Below are positions 1-13,876 of a DNA stretch of 64,000 nucleotides, in pieces. The notes beneath the pieces were generated by a model, which did not search any database, was not told the origin of the DNA, and saw only the letters and a program-made list of their open reading frames with translations. The DNA is taken from contig MU056000.1 in assembly GCA_013239625.1 (NCBI GenBank), positions 8,676,970 through 8,740,969 on the forward strand, written 5' to 3'. Source of the stretch: Lama guanicoe. Its lineage: Eukaryota. How positions within the stretch are numbered: position 1 is the first letter of the stretch; every line of letters begins with the position of its first letter. The position numbers were made by a program, and so were the translations under genes.

Positions 1-960
1 GCTCAGTGTGAAATAGTTGTAACAGTAGATGTGATAAAGTCATTCCTCATATATATTTATAAAGACACTTCATATATATATATGTCATTCTATGATGCAT
101 CCCCGAATCAATTAGAAGGAGGACAGCTAAGAGAGACCTGGCTCAGTCTCATTTCTCCCTTTGCAGAGTCTTGCTTGACCCATACAGCTGGCTTTCTTTG
201 TGTTTTGGGTCAGACTCCGAGACTGACTGCTGCCCCACATGGAGATGTCTGCTGATGTTTGAATTGTCTCCTCCACCTTCTTGGACCACTTGGTAAATTA
301 ACCTTCCTTGGGCTGGGGTGCTTTTTCATTACCTATCCCCAATGTACCCTTAATGAGTGTGATTTGATAGTGTGATCTGGCTCTAGCGCCAGAAGGTCAA
401 ATTTCAAACAGCATCCACAGATTGATATATAAATACATGTACATCAAAATTCACAGTGCATGTTCCTTAGGGATACTCAACAGTCTTTGAGAGGGAAGAC
501 TCAAGATTCAGGCTGCCTGGCTCCACTCCTCATGATTACTGTGCAGTCTTGGTAAAACTCTCTGTAATCCATTGTGCTCTTTTGTAAAAGGTAAAGATCA
601 AATGTTAAACACAAAATCAACGATTCTCTTAAAAGTAGAAGCAGAAAAACTTACACAACCTGAACTGTAAAAAGGAACTTTGCAAGGGTGGTAAACGGAG
701 GTCAGATCAGGAGTCACCGATAGGAAATCCTGCGTTTAATACATATATTTTTCATGACACGCGAAAGCATTTTCTTTAAGTCCAGAGTACTGAGAAATCA
801 CTCATTTCCTTAGACGTCTCAGGGAAAGAGGATTGGATTATACTCATTTTGTTTTGTTTCAAATCAGAGATGTTGCATCTTTTATTATAGTTTCTGTTAC
901 TTGGCCTAGTTTAGATGACTGTAACTTGCCAGTAATGATCGTGGCTTAACAATCATTATT

Positions 961-1075
961 TTTTTTTAACATTTTTTATTGATTTATAATCATTTTACAA
1001 TGTTGTGTCAAATTCCAGTGTTCAGCACAATTTTTTGTCATTCATGGACATATACACACTCATTGTCACATTTTT
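961..1075 (-). mobile_element. Very short 5'-truncated young LINE-1 3' end (camelid-type L1), flanked by a 17-bp TSD
   Basis: Poly-T followed by aacattttttattgatttataatcattttacaatgttgtgtcaaattccagtg, nearly identical to the L1 3' end near 51995. TSD ttaacaatcattatttt at 946-962 and 1076-1092, followed by aaaa (TTTT/AA endonuclease site). Confidence 0.9.
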
Positions 1076-1364
1076 TTAACAATCATTATTTTAAAAGAAG
1101 ATTTTGTGCAAAAAAACATATTGAAGATGAATATACATCTCCATGTCTATCTCGTATCCATCCATCAATCATCTCTCCATCCATAGATGTGAATAAGGTA
1201 ATTTTTACTCACATGTGATAACTTTACTGTGTTTTCTGAATTTACGTAACAGTTATAATTTCTGGCCTGTAATTGGAGAACATACCTCCAAAAGCCAAAT
1301 AAAATGTTCACTTTACAATTTCCATCTGTGTATGAATACTGTTTGTCAGTCATGGGCTTTCTTT

Positions 1365-2375
1365 CCTTTTTTAAAAAATCAAGGTATAATTGAGATATAG
1401 TAAAATTCAGATTTTTTAGTTTCATTTTCGTGTTTTGACAGAATTTTGACAGTCAAAAAACCATACCATAATCAAGATATAGAATATTTCCATTACACCC
1501 AAAATTTCTCCGGTGCTTTTTTTCAGTCGTTCTACTGGATGTATTTGGTTCTGCCTTGTGGTTTTAATTTGCATTTCTTTAGTAACTGATGATGTTGTAC
1601 AAGTTATCATGTGCTTTTACCCTTTTTTAAAAAATTGGATAGCTTGTTTTCTGATTATGGAATTTTGAGAGCTCTTTATAAGTCCCTCTCCAGATTTGTG
1701 ATTTGCCAATATTTTCTCTAATTTGTGGCTGGCTTCTCTGTACGTATTCTTTATAGTGTCATCATTTTAAAATAAATTTATCAATTTCATTCTTATGGAT
1801 TGTGGTTTTTATAAAGCTAAGAAATCTTCACCTACTTACAGTAGATGTTCTTCCATAGTTTATGTGAAAAGTTTTATAGTTTTAGATTTTACATATAGGT
1901 CTACAGAACAGTGTGTATTGATTTTTGTTAAGAGATGAGGTAAGAATCAATGCTCATGTTTTTGTCACATGGATATTTAATTGTGTGAGCACCATTTCTT
2001 GAACACTATTCTTTCTCCATTAAATTGGTTTCGGCCCTGGCCAAAAATCAATGTGCAGGTCTATTTTTGGACACATTATTTTGTTATATTGATCAACATG
2101 TGTATCTTTTCCTCATTAGCATACTCTTATTTATTAATGCATCTTTTTTGTTAGTTTTGAAATCAGGGATAGTTTTATCTTATTTTTTTTCAAACTTGGC
2201 AGGGCGCCTCTGGTTCATGTGACTTTCAAAATAAAATTCAGAACAAGCTTGTAATTATTTAAAAAACATATATATAGATATTGCTGGAATATTTATAGGA
2301 ATTGAAATAAATATATAGGTCAGTCTGGGAAAATATTCACATCTTACTATGTCATCTTCTAATCCAGGGTGCAGT
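1365..2375 (-). mobile_element. Old LINE-1 (L1M-type) 3' end and ORF2 fragments
   Basis: Contains caagatatagaatatttccattacaccc and gttttaatttgcatttctttagtaactgatgatgttg. The minus-strand ORF at 1422-1610 includes the ORF2 motif EMQIKTT. Confidence 0.8.
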
Positions 2376-3063
2376 TCAATTAGAATAAATATTACTATTA
2401 TGAACATAATTTTTAAAATGATAACAACTAACTTTTGAAGTCTACTTTCTGTTTTGATTACCAAGTACCATCCATTCAGTCCCTTGGCTGCCTGGAAAGG
2501 CAAAGTGATGGTGGGTCTGGGTTTGAATCTTGGCATTTAGATTTCTGGCTAAATAACTGGCAGATAAGTTTCTTTATCAAGAAGTCAAAGAAGGTGCAAA
2601 TGCAATGGAGAAAACATTTTTGATCCTAAGGTGGAAGATGTAGTAGTTTCCAGTGGAATGCCTTTTGCCCACTTCACAGGCTCTACTGGATGTTCACATG
2701 GCTGCTTGTAACTGCCATTGTCTAGAACAATGTGAGAGCAGAATCTTCCTTCTAACTCACTTTTGTGTTGTCCCAGGTGCCTACCAGTGTGATAACCTTG
2801 TTGAATAAATTAAAACTCTTTGGTTTGGAATTGAAAATTTATAGGCATCTTAAAAAGTTAACATCGTATCATCACATTGGGATGGTGGTCTCCCTGAATA
2901 TGTCCTTTCTTCCAGCCACTGGATTCTGCTGTTCCTGAAGACCACTCTCCTCTGGTAACCTCTCCACTGGCTCTAAATGCTAGGTGAACCAGCCTTCTTT
3001 GCTCCAGGCACTGGGCAGAAGTGAGCCATCACTCAACCCGGGCCAATCAGGATTCTTCACTGG

Positions 3064-3418
3064 TGCTATCATCTGAATATTTGGTGAAATTAATATGCTG
3101 AAATCATAATCTTGATGATGATGGAATTAGAGGTGAGAAAGGGGCTTTGGGATACAATATAATTCGTGAGAATAGAGCTCTCATGAATGAGATTAGTGGT
3201 CTTATAAAAGAGACCTGACAGAGCTCTGTAGCCCCTCCCACCACGTGAGGACACACGGGGAAGTCACAACCCTGAAGACGGCTTTCACCAGCATGTGACC
3301 ATACCGAGGCCTGGGTCTTGGGTTTCCAGCCTCCAGAACTGTAAGAAATAAAGTTCTGTTGTTTATAAGCCACCTGGTCTATGATATTTTGTTGTAGCAG
3401 CTCAAATGGACTGAGAGA
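3064..3418 (+). mobile_element. MaLR solo LTR, MLT1A/MLT1A0-like
   Basis: Begins tgctat. Contains ttccagcctccagaactgtaagaaataaagttctgttgtttataagccacc...gcagctcaaatggactgaga, typical of the MLT1A 3' end. It appears to interrupt an older LTR-like sequence (about 2960-3520). Confidence 0.85.
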
Positions 3419-3713
3419 CCTGAGATTTCCAAGTGGGCACGTGGCAGGAGACTTCAGTTTCCCTTCTAGTGGCCAAGCTGTGCAAAGGTGAGCTGGAAGC
3501 TTCTGAAAGCCTCATTTCCTGAGATACAAAAATACTGTAATTCAAAATGCAGACCAAGTCAAGCCCCCAAACTTTTAGGACTGTGAATTACGCATGAAAT
3601 ATTTCAAAATTAAATGGTTAAATGACGTATTGTTATTCCACGTGATTCTGCCGATGTGAATTTCTAGACTAGGTCAAACTAATTTATTCTGATGGAAAGT
3701 GGATCTGTGATTT

Positions 3714-4280
3714 TGTGAAGGGCTGAGGGCCAATGGACCCACGGGCAAACGAGAGTTAGCATGGCAGGCCCGAGCCTCCGGTCTTCACCAGGCCTGCTTG
3801 CAAGGTTGGCCCTCGACTGACATGTAGGAATCTGTGTTTCAGGAGGGTTCCCACCACTCTCTGATAAGAACGGTTCACGGGCCTAAACCGGTTTTGCAAA
3901 TAATTGGTTTGTGCTTGAATATCTGCTTTCTTTCTGAAATGCTCATACTTTGCAGGTGTGTCTAAGTGCTCAGCCCCAGTAAAAACCCTGGACACTGAGT
4001 CTCAGGTGAGCCTCTTTGGTTGGCAGCATCACACATGCGTCGTCACAGCATGCTGCTGGGGGATGAAGCCCGTCCCGTGTGACTCCACCGACTGAGGGCT
4101 CTTGAGAGCTTGCACCTGTCCTCCTCTAGCCATAGCCGTGCGCATCTCTTCCCCTTGCTGATTTTGCTTTGTATCCTTTGCTGGAATAAATTACCACTGT
4201 GAGTATGACCATAGGCTGAGTCCTGGGATCCTTCTAGCAAATCATTAAACTTGGGGGGCAGTCTTGGGGACCCCTGGCAA
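3714..4280 (+). mobile_element. ERV solo LTR, MER68/MER77/MER21-like
   Basis: Contains aaaaccctggacactgagtctcaggtgagc, then AATAAA followed by gtgagtatgac...ctgagtcctgggatccttctagcaaatcattaaacttggggggcagtcttggggacccc. Confidence 0.75.
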
Positions 4281-7200
4281 GGCAAAAAAGAACTTTTGAT
4301 GAGTGTGGTTCAGATGAGTTTATTAATTTGTCACAACTGAATGGTTGACTTAAAATCTGTATATTATACCTTGCAATATATACTGTAATCTGAAATATAC
4401 TCTGTATATATTTCCTATACTCTCTCTCTATACATATATTTATATATAGTACACATAAGTTTATATATTATATGTAAAATCTGTGTAAAAGAGAGAATAA
4501 TCAGTAAAATTTAAAAAAAATTAAGTTAGATGTTCATCTTTAATTCCATGATGCTCCGTCAGAGGAAGTGCTGTGATGGCAGGAAAAAACGGCAGTGCGA
4601 GAATCACAAAGACCGATTATTGCGTCATCTGTTGAATCAAGTTAGCAGCTCTGGAAGAGACCTCTTCAGTTTTTCAACCCCGCAAAGTCATGGAAATGAT
4701 AGCACCTTAGTAGTCCTGATAGACTGTTCCATTTGGCTGGATGGTTATTTAGAAAGGCACCTACTTTGCATTATGTTTGAATAAAGGGCATTTTCAATTT
4801 CTTTTCTTTTCTTTTTTGTTTTTAAGGTTGGAGATAAGAGGGGTTAGAAGTCGAAAGATATAGCCTGATTTGATCAATACCTTTCATACCAGTTTTCCAG
4901 CTGCCAAATGGTGGGCATTTCATGATTTCTCAGGATACTGTCCTGGCCATGCCAATCCTTCAAGTGGACAGGACTTCGGTGTCCCATACGGGGCTATCTA
5001 GCTTTACTATATGAAATGCTTCTTTGCAAACACCAAATGAAATTAAGATAGGTGAATATTCTAGGACAGGTTGTACCCGAGTTTATTCTTTTAACGGGTA
5101 TTTCAGTGGGAAAAATGTTCTATCATCAACGAAAGTGAGAATCTTTCCTGCAGGAATTCTGAGAGACATTAACATGCTTGTGTGAAATGTGACCATTCAA
5201 GATAGATCAAGAATGTAGTATTTACCAAACCTTATTTGTCGATCAAACAACTTTTTTTCCTAGGGAATATTCTCAAGTATAGACTTATGTGGCGCTCTTT
5301 TTAGACTATTTTTCTTAAGGAAGAGGTAACACATTCCTAAAGAGAAAAAATAATTGGCCTTATCTCTGATTTTATTAGAACTCAAAACCTAAAATAGTGT
5401 ACATTCAAATAAAAAGTTACACACAGATTGAACAGCTACATGATCAAATTAGTATGCTAAATGTGGTGTATTTTTGTACATTAAAAGACTAGAAACTTAA
5501 GTTATCACTAACTTTTAAAACTAAAGCCAGGCAGATGAGAGCCTACATTTTAACACAGAGTAGATTTCTCATGTCACTGAGTTTCGTTAGGTTTGGCAGT
5601 GAAGGGTGGGGGTAAGCTTTGCTAATGTCTAAGACCTCCTTCTCATTGGTATGTATGGTTTAATGAGGAATTTGCAGGTGTCAGATGGGTTAGCAATAAG
5701 GAGATGTTTTCCTGCTGTGTTTGCTTAATTAGGGTGGTCCATCCAGATGTTATCTATGGGTATAGTAAGAAGTTTCACATGGCACTGAGCAAGAACATGA
5801 ATTTTCCAGCATTCCTTAGCTGATGCATTTAATTTAAACCACCTCCCGTGATATCTCCCCCTGCCCTCAAATTGTTATACGGAACTTTATGTTTCACTAT
5901 TTTACCAAACAGAAATCTCTAGAACCCAATAATTTTGTATAAACCCAGAGAAAAAAAATTATTAGTTTAAACATCAGCTTACCATCCACTGCACCAATGT
6001 GTATTTGAAAGTAGCCTCATAAAAATTCAGCGTTAGGGTTGCATATTAGACAGGCAGAATAAATCAAGAGGAAAAATAATTTTTTCTTCCTCAGAAAGCC
6101 TCAAAAGTCAGTGGGAAATGACAGTCTTGATTAGAAATGTAAGAACCTAGCGATGTCCTACAAAGTAATGGCTGTAAACTGCCATGTTTTAACGTCGTAT
6201 TTTTAAAGTCGTAGGAGCTTCTGTGATCCCATGATAAAAGGAAATGGGCCACATTACTTTTAGGTAAATCACTTATTTTATGATGCGGGAGATATCATGG
6301 GCATAGTAATGTCATGAATCTATTGAAATAATCATATTCATATACTTCCTAAAATTTCAAAGATGCATAGGTTTCATATTTCATTACTACCTTTAACTTC
6401 TGAAAGATGAGTTTACATAAATTTTCATCCAGATGAGAGCTACAGATTTCCAGAGATTTGCAGAATGATTAGCTCAGGAGGAAGTGATGTGTAAGATAAC
6501 CAAAATGTAGCAATTTGGAGCTTACAAAAGCCCATGCAATCTATAGTACATAGCATGTTTTCCATTCAATTTGCTAATTCTTTCCAGAAACGTACTGCGG
6601 CCTGTGTGACACAAGCCATCGACCTCATCTTTAAGGCATTGAACTGCCTGAAACTGGCGTTCCAGACACTGCCTATGCAGTGCTTAACTCCACTTAATAT
6701 TTCTGCATTGAGAAGTGATTATGCAATTTAGCAATTATGGAAATTATGCTATCTTAACGATGAGACAGGTGATGGATGCATTTTGGGCGACAGTCTCATT
6801 ATATTACTGTCTAGTTTATAACTACCTGTAGACAGGCACAAATTCTCAACATGAAAGCCATCAGATTCTTTTTCCAAGCTCTGAAACTTGCAATATACCT
6901 CTGCAGTTGCTTAAACATAAATCTGAACCCACATGAGAAGGCGGACACAGTCTCTTGAATTCTCAATATGGAAATCAGGTATTGTCTTTTATTAATTGCG
7001 GGAGAGACTTTTTCACTCATTATTTCATTTATTTGATAACATACAGTGGTATCTAGAAGCTTTCTGCTACTTGGTGAGAACATCTATACTACCCTTTGGA
7101 AGTGTAAGTTCTGGAGGTGGTCATTACATTGGCAAATTTACAAGATTACAGTTCTCCAGTAACTAAATCAGAGTTCTGTTCTGCCTGAGTGGTACCTCTT

Positions 7201-8879
7201 ATGGGTATCAATTTAGTCAGAGGATCCTAGCGTAAAGGAGTGAAACTACATTGGGAATTACTTCACATCATGCTAATTAGCTATGCTATGTGGTTATAGG
7301 CACATTAAGACGTTTTTTAAAGAATGATGTAATTGGATAAGTGTGTTTGTGTCTGAACAAGAATTTAAGGCAATCCATCAATCTTCATAATGTATAAAAT
7401 TGGATTATAGCACGGATAAAACAGCTCTACTGCACACTGATGTAGCTGTCTTTATCATGCATAGCGACATGCTGAAATGTCCAGAAAAGAGCTACCGCTC
7501 ACACATACCTAGAGGAAACTCAGGTTGTTCAAGTGTCGGCTCCCCTGTAAGGAGCATTTTCCTTTGTGCTCTCATATTACATGATATGTAATTTAAAATA
7601 AAGAACTTTTTTCCACCAAATTTTGATGATCGGTTTGGCTATTTTCCTCCACAACTACATTGTGAATTATTTAAGAGAAAGACTGACTTTAATTTAATTT
7701 AATTTAACTTAATTCATTTTTTAAAATTTCAGCAACAAACACAGTGCCTGGTACCTAGAAGGTGGCAAGTAAATGTAAAGAGCCAAATGGAAAGATGGAT
7801 GGATCACAATACTATTGTGACTGTCAATTGTCAGTACTATCATAAATGTATATACATATTACGTATACGTATATACATATTAGTATTTCTATGTGTGACA
7901 ATTTCAGAGTATCCTATCCGACAAAGAACAGACTTGTTGGATATAAGCAACACCACCAGGTTTAAGAAAACATAATTCTTAAAATTCAGTTTGACTCTGA
8001 ATTTTGATTAATCATTTTTGCATTTAGCAATTTCTGCTACTTTTTCTAATTCCACCAGTCTTCTAAATGCTTTCATCACTGTGATGTACAAAAATCAACA
8101 AAGAAACAAATAATCGCCAACTCTTTTAGTTTTATAAAGTGGACACAGAGTATTGATCCTGAATGTAAAGAATTCCTCTATTGTCTAAAATAAATCTTAT
8201 GAAGAGTTTTTAGCGCTTATTTCATTATTATTCAAAATTCATCACATGTTAAGACATTTAAACTCAGTCTGTCACACAGAAGGGCAGTACTCTTGATTCT
8301 CAAAGTCACTGCCAATCAGTTGAGAGAAAAATAATTAAGGTGATTGGGCTGAAATACATCTAATCTTCCAGATGATTTAAAGTATAATCTTCTATTAAAC
8401 CAGATTTGAAAAAAGACTAATGGAGCAATTTCATACTGAATTTCTTCTGTCCTGTATAAACGCACACCCACACATACAAGTGCACGTACCCTGAAATATT
8501 TTTACTGAATTAATGTTGAGTGTAAAGCCATACGTTTATGTTACATTTTGACGCACTTTATAATTGACTCTGGTTTGAGGATCTGTTTAAGGACAGCACT
8601 TGCTAATTAAACCCATTTTTTTGCTGCCGTTACTGTACTGGAGGCACGGTTCTGAGCATGTGGTGTTCCTCAGGGATCACGACCAAGTCCCAGTTGCACT
8701 GGGCACCTGTTCTTTATTAATCCAGGTGCTTGGAGACAGACGTCTGTCATAGTAAACATACTGTATATTGTCCAGATTGGTGCCATTCTGAGCGTTGAGT
8801 GAGGCGCTATTAATAACAGGGTAGCTGGTGTTCACTGGGATATAAAGCTGTGTCACCTGTGGGCAGTATTTCATGATGG

Positions 8880-9085
8880 GTGAGTGAGTCTTGGATCGGA
8901 CTGCTTGGTAGCTGTTTTCCCATCAGAGCTATAAATGCTAACTAACCCTCAGTTTTGTATATAAAATGGGATTAAGCTGATACAGTCTTACATTTTGTGA
9001 AGATCGAAGGAGACGGTGTATGTCACACGGAACCATACATAGGATGGATACGTTAAGCATTCCATGATTGTTAGCTATGATTATC
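8880..9085 (+). mobile_element. MIR SINE (degenerate)
   Basis: MIR core-like cctcagttttgtatataaaatgggatt...ttgtgaagat, ending in gttagctatgattat. Confidence 0.6.
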
Positions 9086-11419
9086 TACATATAAATCATA
9101 GTTTTACTCACAAGCAATAGTTCTGTTTTTTTGTTTTTTGGTTTTGCCCTGACACACATGAACCTGTGCTATAGGCATAATTGATACACATTCATTTGTC
9201 CTTCTTTAAAATGTTTGTTTTCTTTATCATCCCTATAAGAACTGAATAAAACCTACATAATTTGATCACTTCTACATTCTGTTCCCTAATTAACATTTTA
9301 TAAAAGGACGTCTCTCACTAACAGGTGTTTTCTGGCTTTGTGTGTTATTTTTATATAGCTGTCGGAAACATTTCATCATGTAAAGAGCCAATTCTGTACA
9401 TTATGATTTATTAAATATCTGGTCAGTTACCACCACCACATGTTCCTTTAATATTTGTTAATATCTTAGATGTCTGTAATTTTTTAACTTCTGAAGTTGG
9501 GGTAATGATGCAGATAACAGTAACACTGTGTTTTTCCTCATCTCACCCAGAATTTCTTCTCCAATCAATTGCTACCTTCTGGAAGACGCTTCACTATATG
9601 TGTCAAATATATATGTAGTGTTTCCACTAGGATGTCAGCTTCATAACCGAAGAACCCTTGTTTCTTGTCCATGGCTGTGTCCGTATCTCCCGCAGGAGTG
9701 AGTGCTTGTTATCCAGGAAGAGCTGAATACAATCTAAGTGGGTGTTGAATAAACAGTAGTTCACTTTTCTTTACCTTTCATCTCAATGAACAATATGTTA
9801 TTTCCAACCTTCATTTTGTGAAACTTGATTTTCTACATAATATGGATAGTGAAACGCTATTGGTATATTTTAAAAATATATGTTAAGGTCAACGCAATGT
9901 TTCCAGAAATTAATAAATGTAGTATTACATAATACATTTCAAATTCTATTAATATCTATCTTGTGCACTGTCATAACTTTATCAACAACACAACCAAACC
10001 AGCTCTCCTTGATCACAAAAACACAGCTAACTCTAATTATCCAAGATAATGAGATACAAGAGTGGAATGAACTGAAATTCACAAGTAATTTCCTCGTCAC
10101 ATTTTGGTCAGTATATTAAATGTCTCTACCTCCCAACCTTTAACTAGAGCTGCTGGCAGGCAAAGAAGTGTCCCCACCTCTCCAAGCACCTCTCTCCTCC
10201 AGGAGCCAAGAAAGTATGAAATGTCTAAATGGCGAGCAGGAGAAAGAGGTGTAATGAGGGCATTGCTGATCCACAGAAAAATCCCTAAATAATTACATCT
10301 GCAATTTTGAATGAAAAGTATTGTTGTCAAAGACTGTGTTTTCAACTGCATTGTATTTCCAGCAGTTTGCTGCAGAACTTAGCTTCTCTTTACCATTTAA
10401 TATTTTCATGCTTATTGTTTATTTTCTACTCAGATTATAAGTTCTTTGGAAAAAGAATATAAAAAATATAAAAAGACAGGGAATACGTATATACATATAT
10501 ATCTCCTCCTGTCTACTTTGCTGTAGGATATATTTGCTAACGGAATTTAATATATGATATAATAAGGTGAATGATAAAAACTAAATAGATACTAAATAAG
10601 AGATAATTATATTAACAGATAAAGCGCTAAATAAACAGACACCCTCTGTTTCATAAACACAGTATGATGAACAGGAATTGACATTTATGTCACCAAGTGA
10701 TAAGATCTGCTTTGTTCATCCTGCCTTTTTCACGTGCATGAGCTGGTGTTGCAGACGCCGAGGGGACATCACAGGATGCCACTGAGAGGCTCTCATGCTC
10801 AGTGGCATGTGAGTTTCAGCATGTTAGAGGGGCGGGCTGTTCACTGCTCTATCTGCAGCATCTGAGTGTCTGGTATGGAATACAATTAATACCTTTAATA
10901 AGGGAAAATGTCTAAGTGTATTTTAAAATACAGTATAATAAGTAAAACAATAGAATTGTACATACATTTAGAGTGGAAAACATGACCACCGCTATCTTTA
11001 ACGAGAGTAAGGAAGAGTCTCACACGACTGATAACGTGGAGCAAGATTTCAAAGGAATAATGAAGTAGACGTGAGCCAAATAATTGAGGATTCGATATTC
11101 CAGTCAATGGGGTTTCCAATAGTTGTAAAATTACAGAAACATTAAATAGTAAAGCTTGTCCTCCTCTTATTAGTGACAAAACGTATCTGGACATTTCTAG
11201 AACACAGGCTCAGGGTTTAAAATGATTTCATTAGGAGGGCTGCGTGAACTCAGCGCAGATTCCTCTTAATTGGATTGTTTTGTTTTCACGCTGGAAAGTC
11301 GCAATCTTGAATGCTTCCTCTCCCACACCTTTTTCTCCCTCCTCCTAAAACTTTTAGTTACGTTATTACATTTACATTGTTGCGTTTGACATCTACTTTC
11401 TGTCTTACATTCATGATTC

Positions 11420-12420
11420 CCCAGTGATGCCTAACTACTATATTCTAGTAAATCTGAATTTACTGTCAGTTCTTGAAAACATATTCCTGCTGACTCCTTG
11501 CTTGGGGAATACTGTCCTTAATTGTTTCTTTTTTACAAAATTACTCCTGGTAACCATAGTTTCTGAGTTAATTTCTGCCTGGAAATATTTTTCTTTTACC
11601 AAACACTTTAAGATTTCTAGCCCTAATTTAGCAATATAGAAAATTCATAGAACACACTTCCCCCCCCACTATAGTCATTGTAAATATTCCACTGTTTTGT
11701 ACTGAAGTCAGTCTGATTTTTATCTTTTGCACGTTTTAAAATTTTATTTGTTTTTTGTTTTACTGCCTTGAGATTCATACTGATTTTTATTTTACTCTTG
11801 AAAACTCTGGTAAGTATCGTAAGACAAGATAACTGTGCGTCAGTTCCATGAGGGATGTTGTAGCACCTTTTGATCTGTAGAGGTGACTTCTTTAATTAAA
11901 AGAAAAGTTTCTCTGAAATGTATCTTCTTTGGTCTCATTTATTTTGTATTCATTAGGATATCAGTTGAGCAGATACCTCATCTTCCTTAAGCTGTGGGTT
12001 CCTTTGCACCGCGCTCACCTTCCTTGCTCCTCTGCCAGGTCTGCTTACAAGTGGTGCACCCGTCCTCCTTGTCACGGCTTCCAAAGTGGCCAGGAGCTTT
12101 CTGATGGTTTCACGTTTCGGTTAGAGTTCTTTCCTGAGCTCTGCCTGCTTATTTTTAAATCCCTTTGTGTTGTTTTATAATTTCCTCCTTAAGCCTTTGT
12201 GTTGAGCTCCACTTACAGAGACCATTTTTATTACATTATTTGACTCCATGAGGAATTGATTAATCACTCTTTCTCGCTCCATGACAAAATGCGTTTTGTT
12301 TTCTTTCCTAATTGTGTATAATTTTTATTTTTTCTGTTCATTATCATTTTTTTCCTTATAGCATAGTTCTAGAGCTCTAGTTCTGTTTCCTGTTTCATTA
12401 CTTGTATCTGAATGAGAGGA
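11420..12420 (-). mobile_element. Old HAL1 or L1 ORF1-region remnant
   Basis: Long T-rich, highly diverged tract with antisense ORF1-like motifs (taaatattccactg, gaagtcagtctgattttt). Confidence 0.45.
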
Positions 12421-12437
12421 GTCCTTATTGGAACAGA

Positions 12438-13876
12438 TTTTTTTTAAACTGAAGTTCAATTGATTTACAATGTTGTGTTAGTTTCTGCTGTACAGCATAG
12501 CGATTCAGTTATACGTATATATATATATATATATATACTCTTTTTCATATCCTTTTTCGTTATAGTTTATTACAAGATATTGAATGTATTTCCCTGTGCT
12601 ATACATTAGGACCTTGTAGTTTATCTATTTTATATATGGTAGTTTGTATCTGTTAATCCCAAACTCCTAATTTATCCCTCCCACTTCCTATCCTTCTGGT
12701 AACCATAAGTTTGTTTTCTATGTCTGAGTCTCCTTTTGTTTTGTAAATAAGTTCATTATCATTTTTTAGATTCCACATATAAGTGCTATCATATGATATT
12801 TGTCTTTGTCTGGCTTACTTCACTTAGTATGATGATCTCTAGTTCCATCCATGTTGCTGCAAATCGTGTTATTTCACTTTTTGTGGCAGAGTAGTATTCC
12901 ATTGAATAAATACACCACAACTTCTTTATTCAGTCATCTGTGGATGGACATTTAGGTTGTTTACATGTTTTGGCTATTGTAAATAGTGCTGCTATGAACA
13001 CTGGGGTTCAGGCATCTTTTTGAATTAGAGCTCCCTCCAGGCACATGCCCAGGAGTGGGATTGCTGGATCATATGTTAAGTCTACTTTTAATTTTTTGAG
13101 GAAACTTCATACAGTTTTCCACAGTGGCTGCACCAAACTACATTCTCACCCACAGCGTAGGAGGGCTCCCTTTTCTCCACAGCCTCTCCAGCATTTATTG
13201 TTTGTGGACTTTTGAATGATGGCCATTCTGACTGGTGTGAGGTGGTATCTCATTGTAGTTTTGATTTGCATGTCTCTGATAATTAGTGATGTTGACCATT
13301 TTTTTCATGTGCCTCTTGGCCATTTGTATGTCTTCGTTGGAGAATTGTTTGTTTAGGTCTTCTGCCCACTTTTGGACTGGGTTGTTTGCTTTTTTGTTAT
13401 TAAGCTATATGAGCTGTTTGTATATCCTGACAAGGGCAATTAAGTCCTTGTCAGTCGCATCATTTGCAATTATTTTCTCCCATTCCATAGGTTGCCTTTT
13501 TGTTTTGTATATGGTTTCATTTGCTGTGCAGAAGCTTATAAGCTTAATTAGGTCCAATTTGTTTATTTTTGCTTTTATTTCTATTGCCTGGGTAGACTGC
13601 CTGAGGAGAACATTGCTAAGATTTATGTCAGAAAATATTTTGCCTGTGTTTTCTTCTCGGAGGTTTATAGTGACTTATGTTTAAGTCTTTAAGCCATTGT
13701 GAGTTTATTTTTGTGTAAGGTGTGAGGGAGTGTCCTAGCTTTACATGTGGCTGTCCAACTTTCTGAACAAAGCTTTCTGAAGATACTGTCTTTTCTCCAT
13801 TGCATATTCTTGCCTCCTTTGTTGGAGGTTAGTTGACTGTAGGTGTGCAGGTTTATTTATGGGTTCTCTGTTCTGT
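12438..13876 (-). mobile_element. LINE-1, 5'-truncated (about 1.4 kb; 3'UTR plus ORF2 C-terminus), artiodactyl-type
   Basis: Poly-T, then the L1 3'UTR (tgatttacaatgttgtgttagtttctgctgtacagcatag), then clear antisense ORF2 sequence such as gatggccattctgactggtgtgaggtggtatctcattgtagttttgatttgca. Internal (TA)n at about 12516-12537. Confidence 0.95.

Noticed and set aside
13286..13684. Longest ORF in the track (132 aa, hydrophobic)
   Set aside because: It is the antisense reading of L1 ORF2 sequence, a common artefact, and not a membrane-protein gene.
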